Origin: a virus
Lineage: Duplodnaviria; Caudoviricetes
IMG/VR virus record: IMGVR_UViG_3300031760_000002
Span: 64,001-128,000 of that record
Reading direction: 5' to 3' (one strand)
DNA length: 64,000 nucleotides
The position numbers and the translations under genes are program-made. Below are positions 47,840-57,083 of this stretch, in pieces. Every line of letters starts with the position of its first letter. The stretch's first letter is position 1. Below the pieces are notes generated by a model, which was not told where the DNA came from, searched no databases, and worked only from the letters and a program-made list of their open reading frames with translations.

Positions 47840-50800
47840 TATTTTCGAAGTATCTCTATCGGGTCGTTTGGACCGATCTCACCCCTGGCATAGGCCGCCT
47901 TTGCCTCCGAGACCGTATTATACACCCGGACCGGCTTTTCCGTCATCGGCCTCGTCAAGGCATACAGGCCGAAAACCTGCTCCTTGCTCGGCGTGTGCCT
48001 TGGCGAACGAAGATCCGTCAACGACGTTAGGTTCTTGGACGGAAGCATCTTCTCGTACGCCTGCCTGACCGCCTTCTCCGACGACGGCACGTGCGCGTTC
48101 ATCTGGTCTCCGTCGAAATCCGCGGTGAACGACTGCGTGATAAGCGGGCATACCTTGATCGTGCTTCCGTCCGTGAGGAATGGCCTGAACGCCGTGAAGT
48201 TGAACTTGTGCCACGTCGGCGCACGGTCAAGGATGACCGGGCGCTTCTCCATCTCCTTGACCAGAATGCTCCTGGCCGTGGCATCCCTGTCCGCGATCAT
48301 CTTGGTCGATACGGACGCCGGATACCCGTTTCTTGACAGCTCGCGCATGATGTACGGCTTGTACATCGGCCATGCCATGTCCTCCGGTATGCCGCACTGG
48401 TCCATGTCCAGGTTCGGATCCGGCGTTATGACTCCGCGGGACACGCCTCCAACGGCCTTCGATATGACCTTGTTCTGGTACATGCCGAACTTTGGCCTGG
48501 ACCCTATCACCTGCCTTATCGCGCCTTTGACGCCTTTCGCGGCGTTCTCCGGCGTTATCGGCTGTCCAAGCCCGTACGCGGCCTTCACCGACTCGTAGAT
48601 GTTCAGCCTTTCGTCAGAAACGCCATCGTCGGACAGATCCTTCCTGAGCTCCCTGAAATGGTTCGCGTTCTCTATGATGTCCTTGTACAGCTTGTTCATG
48701 TCGGAAGTAAGGGCGACGTCGCCCATCTTCGACACGGGCCTGAACATCGGAGGTATGACCGGAACCTTCGATATCATCCAATCCTTGGGATGCAGCCCCT
48801 GGTTCTTCATCGCCGTCAAGTATCTATAAACCTTGACCGCATCGTCCCTCTTCTGGCCGCGGAACGTGGTTATGCCCCTCGACGCCTCCTCGATCCTCTT
48901 GTCGACGTCTATCTTGGACAGCGCGTCCTTCAAAGCCTGGCCGCCGGTCTTGCCGTCGAGCTTCTCACGACCGGACAGTATGTCCTCCATCCTTGACGTG
49001 GTCAGGCCGAGCACCCTCCTGACAGGCTCCTCCATTATCGGGTTCGGAACAGGTTCCGGAAGCTCTATCATGGACCATTGGTTTCCGGCCATACCGCCGG
49101 TCTTGCCAAGATCGAACAAGCCTCCCTTTACCGGCTCGAAGTCGGAATCAACCATGTCGGAGGACGATATGACACGTCCTCCGGCCATCTTCTCGACATC
49201 CTTGTCGGTCTGCGGCATTATCCGGGTTATCGACCCTTTTTCAGTGACATTTATGCCGCCAGCCCTCAACGTGTTCAGGAACTTGTTGTATATGAACGGC
49301 ACATCGGGCTCCGGCGTCGGAAGCCCCAGCTGCAGCGCCCTCCAATAATCGTCGTTCCTGGTGCCGCGTATGATCTGGGTGTCTTTTATCACCTCCGGCA
49401 CGTTGTGCGCAAGCATTCCCCACAAGTCCATGCCCGAGCTCTTCTTGGCGCCCTCAAAGCCTCCCTTCGCCGGCTGTTCGTCCTGCGTATAGGCGCCGTC
49501 TGCCCCTCGGGCCGACGCCTTCTTCTCGGACAGGTGGTGGAACGCATGCATGTAGATCCATCCGTCGCCGACGTTCTTGATTGTCTTCCCGGACACGGGA
49601 TCGAACACGTCTGCTGACTCCTTGACACCGGCTTTGTCCATCTGCGCCTTCGTCCACCTGTACCACCCTTCCGGCGGAGGAAGCTGGGGGATCCGTATCT
49701 GCTTTCCGGTGGCCTTCGCCACCTTTCCGAGGGAAATCTCCATGAGCTGGTTTGGCGCCGTCCTCGACAGGAATCCCATCGGGTTGACGAGGACGTCGTA
49801 CGGTTCGTTCGTGACGGCGTCCCTCGGCATCTTGTCCATCGGTATGATGGTGCCGACCACCCCCTTCAGACCGGAGAACGGAGACAGCTTGTCGCCCACC
49901 CTAACGGGGGGCTGCGCATGCACGTTCACCTTCGCTCCAGACGACGTCTTGACAGCGTCGACGACCGTGCCCTCGTAGTCATGCTCCCAGGTCTCCGACC
50001 TGTCGGTATAAGAATTGCGAAGCGCCTTGGACAGCTTTCCAAGCGCCTTGTCGGACGATGTGAGTACCTTTGGCCCGAGCGACAACACGATAGGATCGCC
50101 CCTGTGCAGCACGGTCCCCGGCTTGACGATTCCGTTTTCGTCCAAGGTTGCTATCTGGTCCTTGGTGAACTTTGACGGGAACGCTGATATGTACCTGTTC
50201 CTGCCGAGCTGCACTCCGTTCCTGGCCTCGTGGTCGAAACTGTACAGCCTGTCCGTGGCGAGCTTCTTCGCCGCGTCCTCGCTGATCGTCCACGCGTCCT
50301 CGTAGCTCATGCCGTTCCACGGAAGTATGGCGGCCCTGAGGTTTTGGCCCATATTCAGTGCCCCGGTCTTCGCGTCCGTGTAGTTGGAATGCGCTATCAT
50401 GTCGCCGGGCTTCACGCTTTGCCCCTCCTTGACGGACGGGAAATAGCTTATTGCGGACAGCCTGTTGAACGGTACGTTCTTGGTAAGCTCGACCTTGACG
50501 GTCTTGCCGTCGTCGCCCTTGATCGTAACCGTATCGTCGTCAACCTTCGTGACAACTCCGGAAACGTCGGACTTTAGCGTACCGATTTTCCTGCCGTAGT
50601 ATTCGGACCACGTCGTCTTTCCGTCAGGCATCAGCGAGTCGACCAACGGAACCTCTCCGTTCTTCTGCGGAAGGTACTGCGACCAGAACTTCGACCCGTA
50701 GAACTGCCTCGTGGACTGGACTCCGGTCGGCATGATGTTCATGTTCGTGTTCGAGGTTATCATATGGCCGTACGACGGAACGGTGTACCGCACCTCGCTT

Positions 50801-52209
50801 CGCTTCACCCTCTGCGGTATGCCGTCCTTCATCGCAATGACGTACGGCTTTGTCATGTCCTGCCCCGGAAAGGCCACAAGCCCGTCCGACGCAGTCGCTA
50901 TGTCGACGTATGTAAGCTTCCCGGTTCTGTTGTCTATGAACTCGCCGTACAGCTTGTTGTCCTTGCCAAGGAACGTGTTGTAAGCGGCACGGACGTCTAC
51001 ACCCACTTTTTCCGACTCGGGACCCGAGTTCATGTCGACGAACCCCAAGTAGTCCCCCTGGACGTCGCGCGCCTCCATCGTGACCGCCTCCGGAGACCCT
51101 ATGCCTCCCAGTCCGAACTTGGATATCCTGGACATCTGCTCCAACGTGGAAAGCGGGTTCGCCTCCTCGCCGGGCATGGCGAGCCCAGATCCGTTTATGA
51201 TCGTATCGACCCACGGGTTAAGGGCGTTCCTCTGGATGGATTTAAGATTTCCGTTCCTCCTGGCCTTGTACAGAAGCGTATTGGCCAGGCGTCCGGCGTT
51301 CTTCTCGATGCGTTCCTTGAAATAGTCCTCGACGCCGTAGAACTTGGAAAACCTGGGGCTGTCCCTGTTGTCGGCCTTCTCATCGCCCCTGGAGACGTTC
51401 AGAAGCTTCTGCGAGGCCCTGAGGAGGAGCTCCGGCGTAACATGGTCGACGCCACGGAGGCCCATGGTCCTCTCGACGACCTCCGGATCCACCTCGTATC
51501 CGGCGATGGCGTCGCGAACGAACTGGATCTTGTCATCCTGCGTGGCGGCCGGATTCGACTTGTACCCGGCCATCCTGGAATAAAGCTTGTTCCACGCCTG
51601 AGGGTCCGCCTTTGCGGAGTTTGCCGCGGCAACGTCCGCGCCCCAGTATTTGACAATGCTCTTGTCGTCTACCCCAAGCCCGCGCAAAACCTGGTACAGC
51701 GGTATCTGCCCCTGTCCGGTCTGCAGCGACATGACGCCGGTCTCCGGGTTCAGCCCGAAATGGAACGCGTGCCCTGTGCCCGGCCTGATGTTGAACTGCG
51801 CCTCGTATTCGCCGTTGGACTTCCGCCTTGCATAGACGCCAGGACGAAGCCTTGACTGCGAAATGACCGTGTACTCGGACCCGTTGTTTATAATCGTTCC
51901 GCGGTCGGTCCAGTACGGAACCTGCATGACGGAATCCTTGCGCTGGTCCAGCACCTTCCCGGTCTTCTTGTCGGTGAGCCTCCAGGTGCCGACCAGGTTT
52001 GTCCTTAGATTCCTGTTCCTCAGGATGGCGTCCTTCTGCTGCTTCAGCGTGAACTCCTGCGGACCGTCGTATGCGATGTCCACAAGCTCCAGCCTGTAGT
52101 TGTCGTCCTCGACTGGAAAACGCTTCTGCATCGCGGAAAGAACATTGTCGTAAATGTTCCTTCTGGCCGATTTTGCATCGTCGAACGCCCTGAGACCGTC
52201 TGGAATCAT
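47839..52209 (-). CDS. rpoBC: RNA polymerase beta subunit fused to the beta' N-terminal half (catalytic DFDGD)
   Basis: Beta motifs SQSRLRPGVY, NPLS..RIS, ARDVQ, GQNL, SYEDA, VGDKLS..GLKGVV and NPMGFLSR. Then beta' motifs GGLFD, PVIPPMFRP, SRGVI, DRAPTWH and FTADFDGDQM. Confidence 0.93.
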   Translation of the reverse strand: MIPDGLRAFDDAKSARRNIYDNVLSAMQKRFPVEDDNYRLELVDIAYDGPQEFTLKQQKDAILRNRNLRTNLVGTWRLTDKKTGKVLDQRKDSVMQVPYWTDRGTIINNGSEYTVISQSRLRPGVYARRKSNGEYEAQFNIRPGTGHAFHFGLNPETGVMSLQTGQGQIPLYQVLRGLGVDDKSIVKYWGADVAAANSAKADPQAWNKLYSRMAGYKSNPAATQDDKIQFVRDAIAGYEVDPEVVERTMGLRGVDHVTPELLLRASQKLLNVSRGDEKADNRDSPRFSKFYGVEDYFKERIEKNAGRLANTLLYKARRNGNLKSIQRNALNPWVDTIINGSGLAMPGEEANPLSTLEQMSRISKFGLGGIGSPEAVTMEARDVQGDYLGFVDMNSGPESEKVGVDVRAAYNTFLGKDNKLYGEFIDNRTGKLTYVDIATASDGLVAFPGQDMTKPYVIAMKDGIPQRVKRSEVRYTVPSYGHMITSNTNMNIMPTGVQSTRQFYGSKFWSQYLPQKNGEVPLVDSLMPDGKTTWSEYYGRKIGTLKSDVSGVVTKVDDDTVTIKGDDGKTVKVELTKNVPFNRLSAISYFPSVKEGQSVKPGDMIAHSNYTDAKTGALNMGQNLRAAILPWNGMSYEDAWTISEDAAKKLATDRLYSFDHEARNGVQLGRNRYISAFPSKFTKDQIATLDENGIVKPGTVLHRGDPIVLSLGPKVLTSSDKALGKLSKALRNSYTDRSETWEHDYEGTVVDAVKTSSGAKVNVHAQPPVRVGDKLSPFSGLKGVVGTIIPMDKMPRDAVTNEPYDVLVNPMGFLSRTAPNQLMEISLGKVAKATGKQIRIPQLPPPEGWYRWTKAQMDKAGVKESADVFDPVSGKTIKNVGDGWIYMHAFHHLSEKKASARGADGAYTQDEQPAKGGFEGAKKSSGMDLWGMLAHNVPEVIKDTQIIRGTRNDDYWRALQLGLPTPEPDVPFIYNKFLNTLRAGGINVTEKGSITRIMPQTDKDVEKMAGGRVISSSDMVDSDFEPVKGGLFDLGKTGGMAGNQWSMIELPEPVPNPIMEEPVRRVLGLTTSRMEDILSGREKLDGKTGGQALKDALSKIDVDKRIEEASRGITTFRGQKRDDAVKVYRYLTAMKNQGLHPKDWMISKVPVIPPMFRPVSKMGDVALTSDMNKLYKDIIENANHFRELRKDLSDDGVSDERLNIYESVKAAYGLGQPITPENAAKGVKGAIRQVIGSRPKFGMYQNKVISKAVGGVSRGVITPDPNLDMDQCGIPEDMAWPMYKPYIMRELSRNGYPASVSTKMIADRDATARSILVKEMEKRPVILDRAPTWHKFNFTAFRPFLTDGSTIKVCPLITQSFTADFDGDQMNAHVPSSEKAVRQAYEKMLPSKNLTSLTDLRSPRHTPSKEQVFGLYALTRPMTEKPVRVYNTVSEAKAAYARGEIGPNDPIEILRK

Positions 52210-52937
52210 TACATGTTCCTCTGGTAGGATCCCGTCTGGTAGTTCCAGCCATACCTAGGCATGGCCTCCATATACTGTCTTTTCTCGGCGTAGCTTCCTG
52301 GCGCGGCCTTTGCATCCGGGTTGAACTGCTGCTGCTGTCTATAATCGTACAGCTGGCCTCGGAGATAATTGCCGCGTTCGGCCGGAGAAAGCCTGTCCCA
52401 GTCGCTCCTGCCCATGTACGCCTCGAGATTGTTGAAATTGGCATCGTTGTACGCTGCCCGCATTCCCGCCCTGGTAAGGACCGTCTTGCCGACCGGAAGT
52501 CCCGTTGCGGCTTGAAGACCGAACCTGCCGGCCCCGTATACCGCCCTTCCGAACCGTGTCGCGTTCAATGCATTTTTGGCGGCGATCGCATTTTTTCCGA
52601 CCCTGGTCGCCGCCAACGCGCCCTTGGTTCCGGCCAGCGCACTCCTTATCGCCGTTCCGCCTATTCCGAAAGACAGCAGATCGGCTATGCCGCTTCCTAT
52701 GCCAAGGCCAAGATTGCCGAGGCCGGACCATATATGCCCGTTTGCAAGAGACTTTATGCCATCGCCTATAGACAACGCAGAACCGAGTATCGGGGTTGCG
52801 TACATTGCGGTCTGGCCGAGTGCGCCTCCAAGACTCTTTGCTGCCGGAAGAACGGTATCGGCCTCCTTTCGGAGACCGGCCGTCTTCACGATGTAAGAGT
52901 CTATCTTTCTTTCAAGCGCGCATGTATTCACCGTCAA
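52209..52937 (-). CDS. Internal head protein with pre-toxin-TG-like hydrophobic hairpin
   Basis: VKTAG/RKEA leader and PILGSALSIGDGIKSLANGHIWSGLGNLGLGIG. Confidence 0.55.
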   Translation of the reverse strand: MTVNTCALERKIDSYIVKTAGLRKEADTVLPAAKSLGGALGQTAMYATPILGSALSIGDGIKSLANGHIWSGLGNLGLGIGSGIADLLSFGIGGTAIRSALAGTKGALAATRVGKNAIAAKNALNATRFGRAVYGAGRFGLQAATGLPVGKTVLTRAGMRAAYNDANFNNLEAYMGRSDWDRLSPAERGNYLRGQLYDYRQQQQFNPDAKAAPGSYAEKRQYMEAMPRYGWNYQTGSYQRNM

Positions 52938-53848
52938 CCCCCGTTTTCAGAAAGATACTCGTTAAGGGCCTGCCGCATAAGATCCCCCCTCTGCTGCGGC
53001 GTCATGGAATTCCAGTCGCCATGGCCTTGCGCCGACTTCGCGTCATTGGTGATCTTTTCGAAGTTGTTCGGATCGACCTTTTCCGGAATTATATACGGCG
53101 ATGCAATGGACGCGGCCATATCGGCAGCTATAAGCTTTCCGCTGTTCCTGGCGGCCCAGCCTATCGGCCCTCCCATGGTCCTCGCACGTTCAAACGGACG
53201 TACGACGCCGTTGAACACGCCGCCCGGGAAATGGCGGAGGAACGGCGTGAACAACGCCGCCCTGCCGAAGTTTACGGCGGCACTTCCGTAATTTCCCTCT
53301 CGAATGTTGTCTATGCCCTCCCCGACATCGCCGGCTATGAACACCGGATCGGCCATGGCCAGGGCCTTGGTACCATACCTCTTCAGCATGGACGCGGATG
53401 CAAGCGATCTGTTTCCGAACGCCTGCTGAACGTCCCTCAACGTCGAAAGGTTCCTCTCTGCTACGGCGCGATCAGCTCCAGAAAGGCCGCGTGCCCTGCG
53501 CTCTCCGGCCTCTATGGCCTTTTCGACCATGTCCTGGCGACTCCTGTTGAGGTACGCCGTTTCACCGCCCTTAAGTTCCTTCCTAAGGCCCTTCAGCTCT
53601 GAAAACCGGCCTTGATCCATCCTTGGGCCGGCGGACGCGAACTCGTGCTCAAGCTCCGCAAGCCTCCTGGATTTCATGGCAGCGTCGGCCCTGCTGGCCC
53701 TGAACTGGGACGCGAGCTCGGGACTTTCCCTCAGGGCCGCGCGTATCTTCGACGCATTGGCACTGGACCTCGACAGCCTTCCAGACCTCGAGAAGATCTT
53801 CAATATCCTTGAGCCAAGGGACGAAAATGGCAATGCTTCCTTATACAT
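52934..53848 (-). CDS. Internal head protein with pre-toxin-TG-like segment
   Basis: MYKEA leader and PVFIAGDVGEGIDNIREGNYGSAAVNFG. Confidence 0.55.
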   Translation of the reverse strand: MYKEALPFSSLGSRILKIFSRSGRLSRSSANASKIRAALRESPELASQFRASRADAAMKSRRLAELEHEFASAGPRMDQGRFSELKGLRKELKGGETAYLNRSRQDMVEKAIEAGERRARGLSGADRAVAERNLSTLRDVQQAFGNRSLASASMLKRYGTKALAMADPVFIAGDVGEGIDNIREGNYGSAAVNFGRAALFTPFLRHFPGGVFNGVVRPFERARTMGGPIGWAARNSGKLIAADMAASIASPYIIPEKVDPNNFEKITNDAKSAQGHGDWNSMTPQQRGDLMRQALNEYLSENGG

Positions 53849-55562
53849 TTGCGGCCTCTAACGCCTTTGCCAGGCGATCCCTGTACTCTTCCGGTATGAC
53901 GCCGTCCAGATCTTCGTCGAATTCCACAACAACCTTTTTGTCTTCCTGCGGCTTGCCCTTTCTCCTTGGCATATCTTCCTTGATCCGGTTTATGGCGTCT
54001 ATGACTTCCTTGTTGGAATTGTCCTTCACCGTTTTCAGCCTGGAGGACAGGGCCAGCAGGTCGTTCAACGACGCCGTCTTCTGTACGCCGGAACCGGGAA
54101 ACGCGGACCCGTCAAGCCTGGTCCAGCCGCCTTTGGAAAAATCGTATCTTGACAGCATGTCGTTTATCGCCTCCGGGCTTACGCCAAGTTCGCTAAGCAT
54201 GCTGCCAGCTACCCTTTTCCTTCCGGATGCCGTGTTATTGGCGTACCACCCGACGATTCGCTTGACTAGAGGTCCTATCAACGGAATGGACGCAAGGGTG
54301 GAAAGAAACCCGCTGCCGTTGTGCAGGCCGGCTATCCGCTCGTCCGCCTTCATCCTGACGAGATCCCTGTTGCGCTCCTGCCCAAGAAGCTCGAACCATT
54401 CCTCCGGATTGTTGCGCGCGAGCTGCATGACATGCGACTTTACAGCGTCCTGGTACATCTCGGGGTTCTTCTGGTACGCGTGCAGGGACGGCCCGTACTT
54501 GAACAGGGTCGACATGGGCATCGAAAAATCGCTGTCGTCCCTCTTCAGGCCCTGTGTCTTCGCATATTGGTCCAGGATGTACTGCTTTCCGCCCTTCGCG
54601 TTCGCGATATCGTTCAGGAACCCGTAGTCTATGTCGCTACCGGCCATCTTGCTCATCGGAAGCGAGTCCGCTATGCAGTCGCGAAGTATTCCGACCGTGG
54701 CCAGCATCTGCTCCGGCTCGATTTCGCGTTCGAACGACCCGGACTTGAACAGGATCCTCGTCTTCTGCTCCGGCTCCTCCTCCTTCTTGGAGAAACGCTC
54801 CTCCAGCAGCTTCTTGACGATGTAGGCCGCGCCGCCCGTGGCCAGTATGTACGAGGCAAGGGCCGCACCGCCTATGTTCCTCGTCGTCCTTGAAATACCG
54901 CCAGGAAGGGACACTATGTCCGTGATTACGCCAGCGGACTTCTCGAACTCCTCCACCGAATCGTCCCCGAACATGAAAAGATCGGAAAACGCCTCCGCCG
55001 CCTTCAGCCTTCCGCCGCTGAGAAGCTGCACGTATTCGCGCTGCGCCGCGTCGACCTGCTTCTTCAGCCTCTTCTGCTCGAGTTTTTCGGCTATTTTCGA
55101 TACGACGACGTACCCGGCGACACCGCCTCCGATGGCGGACAGTATGTTGCCCGCCTGGTCCATCGGGCCCGACAGGAACGCCCTTTTCTCGGAGCCCATC
55201 GTGGAGTCAAGGCTCGTGTACTGGCCGTTCGTCTTCCTGGGCTGCCCGAACACCGGCCAGATCTCGCCGTCGACGGAGGATTCAACCTTGCATACCTTGT
55301 CGTGGCTGTCGCAGGATTCCTGGCAGGATCCGTCCTCGGCCGTCTTCCTGTTCTTGCCGATCGTGAGAACGATCGTATTCGGACCGATCTTGTCCGATAC
55401 GCGCTCCTCCTCCTTCTTCTTCTGCCTCCTGGCTTCCGCAACCTGCCTTATCAGCGCAACCAGGGCAGCCGCACCGGCGCCTACCGCAAACGCGTCGGCA
55501 CCATGGTACAGCATGCTCCCCATGTTCTGGCCCTCTTTACGCATTGTCGCCATCCTTTCCAT
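53841..55562 (-). CDS. Polyprotein-like head protein with three K-x-A/G-preceded hydrophobic modules
   Basis: RKEG, EKRA and EKSAG are each followed by a Gly-rich TM-like helix and a charged helix. Also FKSG, SKMAG and QKTAS. The start may be 55553 or 55544. Confidence 0.6.
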   Translation of the reverse strand: MERMATMRKEGQNMGSMLYHGADAFAVGAGAAALVALIRQVAEARRQKKKEEERVSDKIGPNTIVLTIGKNRKTAEDGSCQESCDSHDKVCKVESSVDGEIWPVFGQPRKTNGQYTSLDSTMGSEKRAFLSGPMDQAGNILSAIGGGVAGYVVVSKIAEKLEQKRLKKQVDAAQREYVQLLSGGRLKAAEAFSDLFMFGDDSVEEFEKSAGVITDIVSLPGGISRTTRNIGGAALASYILATGGAAYIVKKLLEERFSKKEEEPEQKTRILFKSGSFEREIEPEQMLATVGILRDCIADSLPMSKMAGSDIDYGFLNDIANAKGGKQYILDQYAKTQGLKRDDSDFSMPMSTLFKYGPSLHAYQKNPEMYQDAVKSHVMQLARNNPEEWFELLGQERNRDLVRMKADERIAGLHNGSGFLSTLASIPLIGPLVKRIVGWYANNTASGRKRVAGSMLSELGVSPEAINDMLSRYDFSKGGWTRLDGSAFPGSGVQKTASLNDLLALSSRLKTVKDNSNKEVIDAINRIKEDMPRRKGKPQEDKKVVVEFDEDLDGVIPEEYRDRLAKALEAANV

Positions 55563-55917
55563 ACGAATTAGGCACCTTGGTGGTCGTCGACTTCTCGTTC
55601 TTCCTGAAATAGAACCACTCCATGTACCTCTTCCATGTATCGCCCATTACCTGAAGGTCGTTCCTGCATATGACACACTGCGACGCCTGCACCTTCTTGA
55701 AAAGCTCCTGCATCAGCTTCATGTACTCGAGCCTGTCAGACGACGAGGACATGTCGAATATGGCCACCTTGTAGTCCGTGACCTCGATGGGATACTTGTC
55801 GTACTTGGCCATTTCGACGCCGCGTTCTATCTCGTTCATCGGCGGAAACATGCCCGCAACGCCGCCGGACGACATATCGTACCACGGCGGCATGGCGTTC
55901 TGGATCGGATTCGTCAT
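55537..55917 (-). CDS. Hypothetical protein
   Basis: ATGA-coupled, co-oriented ORF. Confidence 0.6.
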   Translation of the reverse strand: MTNPIQNAMPPWYDMSSGGVAGMFPPMNEIERGVEMAKYDKYPIEVTDYKVAIFDMSSSSDRLEYMKLMQELFKKVQASQCVICRNDLQVMGDTWKRYMEWFYFRKNEKSTTTKVPNSYGKDGDNA

Positions 55918-56231
55918 CTTACTACCCCCATGGCCCTTGAACTCTCGGCGGCAACGTCGTTGAAATGGTCAAGCTGCGCCTTCAGCTTCCTGGTCTTCTC
56001 CGAATCCTCCTTCAACGACGAGCTCAACGCGTACCATACGGCGCCTATCGGAGCCCCTATGAAAACGGCCGTACGAAGCGCCGTTCCCAAAAGGGACAGC
56101 GGGCCGGAATCGGCGGCCTCCTTCTGGAAAGTCGTCGGCGTAAGCCCCTCGGCGGCCAGCTTCTTGATGCCTCCGAGCCTCATTGCCTCCAGCCGTTCGC
56201 TTGGAGTAAGGAATTCGTTGATTCTGTACAT
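55914..56231 (-). CDS. Small head protein with leader-like segment and TM helix
   Basis: Start refined to MYRINEF (TGATG overlap). LGGIKKLAAEGLTP..QKEAA followed by a hydrophobic helix. Confidence 0.6.
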   Translation of the reverse strand: MYRINEFLTPSERLEAMRLGGIKKLAAEGLTPTTFQKEAADSGPLSLLGTALRTAVFIGAPIGAVWYALSSSLKEDSEKTRKLKAQLDHFNDVAAESSRAMGVVR

Positions 56232-56596
56232 CAGTAACCTCTCAGTATCAGTCCGGGACCGACCTTCCTGTTGTACGGGTTCGGGTATCGGTCGTTGTAC
56301 ATCTTGTTCCCGTACATGGCGCCTCCGACGGTTGCAACGCCCCTCCAGAACGGATTCGCCCCCAGGTATTTGGCGGCCTGGTTGCCTATAATGCCGCCTC
56401 CAAGGACATAGGGTATCCTGGACGCCGGGGACTTTACGTCCAGGCCGGCGTTGTTTATCCTGTCGAACGCGGATCTCCGTATGTTCGGATTGGCGTTCAA
56501 GTTGGCGTTCCAACTATGCATGAAGTCCCCAACCGTCTGAACCGGTTGGAGACCCGCGATCTTCAGCAAGCCTGTAAAATCTCGTTTTCCTGTCAT
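56231..56596 (-). CDS. Small Gly-zipper head protein
   Basis: Start refined to MTGKRDF (TAATG overlap). LKIAG, LGGGIIG and GVATVGGAMYG. Confidence 0.6.
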   Translation of the reverse strand: MTGKRDFTGLLKIAGLQPVQTVGDFMHSWNANLNANPNIRRSAFDRINNAGLDVKSPASRIPYVLGGGIIGNQAAKYLGANPFWRGVATVGGAMYGNKMYNDRYPNPYNRKVGPGLILRGY

Positions 56597-57069
56597 TAGT
56601 CGGTCTTTTTCAAAACTTCCCTGTCCTTGAGGTCCACGGCTATCCCAAGCCAGTGCTGCAGACCTACGTTGTCTACAAGATACCACTGTTTGGCCGGCGA
56701 AGTCAATTCGGGCACGACTACGGTCTCGCCCGGAGAAACCAGGTTTATCCGGTCCCCGACGACGAACACGGTTGACTCCGTCCTTCCTCGTCCAATGGAC
56801 ATGCACCCGGACGGAGCAAACGCCGCGGAAGCCGCAAGGACGGCGCATATGATGGACCGTCCCTTGGACGAAAGCTCCTTCTCAAGCCTGTCAAGCTGCT
56901 TTTTCAATATGGCCACGTCGGTTACCCTCCCTTCCTCCAATGCCAGAACCAACCTCTTCTTTGTGTCCTCTATCTGGGACATGATGCGGTCGACCCGGTC
57001 CCTCCTCCTGGTGAATATGCCGGATACGAACCTGAGCAGCTCGGTTAGAAATCCTATCAAAGACGACAT
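56596..57069 (-). CDS. Membrane protein with internal lipobox (spanin-like candidate)
   Basis: N-terminal hydrophobic helix, coiled coil, then KGRSIICAVLAASAAFAPSG|C. GGAGG RBS. Confidence 0.45.
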   Translation of the reverse strand: MSSLIGFLTELLRFVSGIFTRRRDRVDRIMSQIEDTKKRLVLALEEGRVTDVAILKKQLDRLEKELSSKGRSIICAVLAASAAFAPSGCMSIGRGRTESTVFVVGDRINLVSPGETVVVPELTSPAKQWYLVDNVGLQHWLGIAVDLKDREVLKKTD

Positions 57070-57083
57070 CGAACACCTCCACA

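Noticed and set aside
45980-52209. Host chromosomal rpoBC locus or chimeric assembly
   Set aside because: The genes are highly divergent, have no ribosomal-protein neighbours, and are stop/start-coupled to phage head genes.
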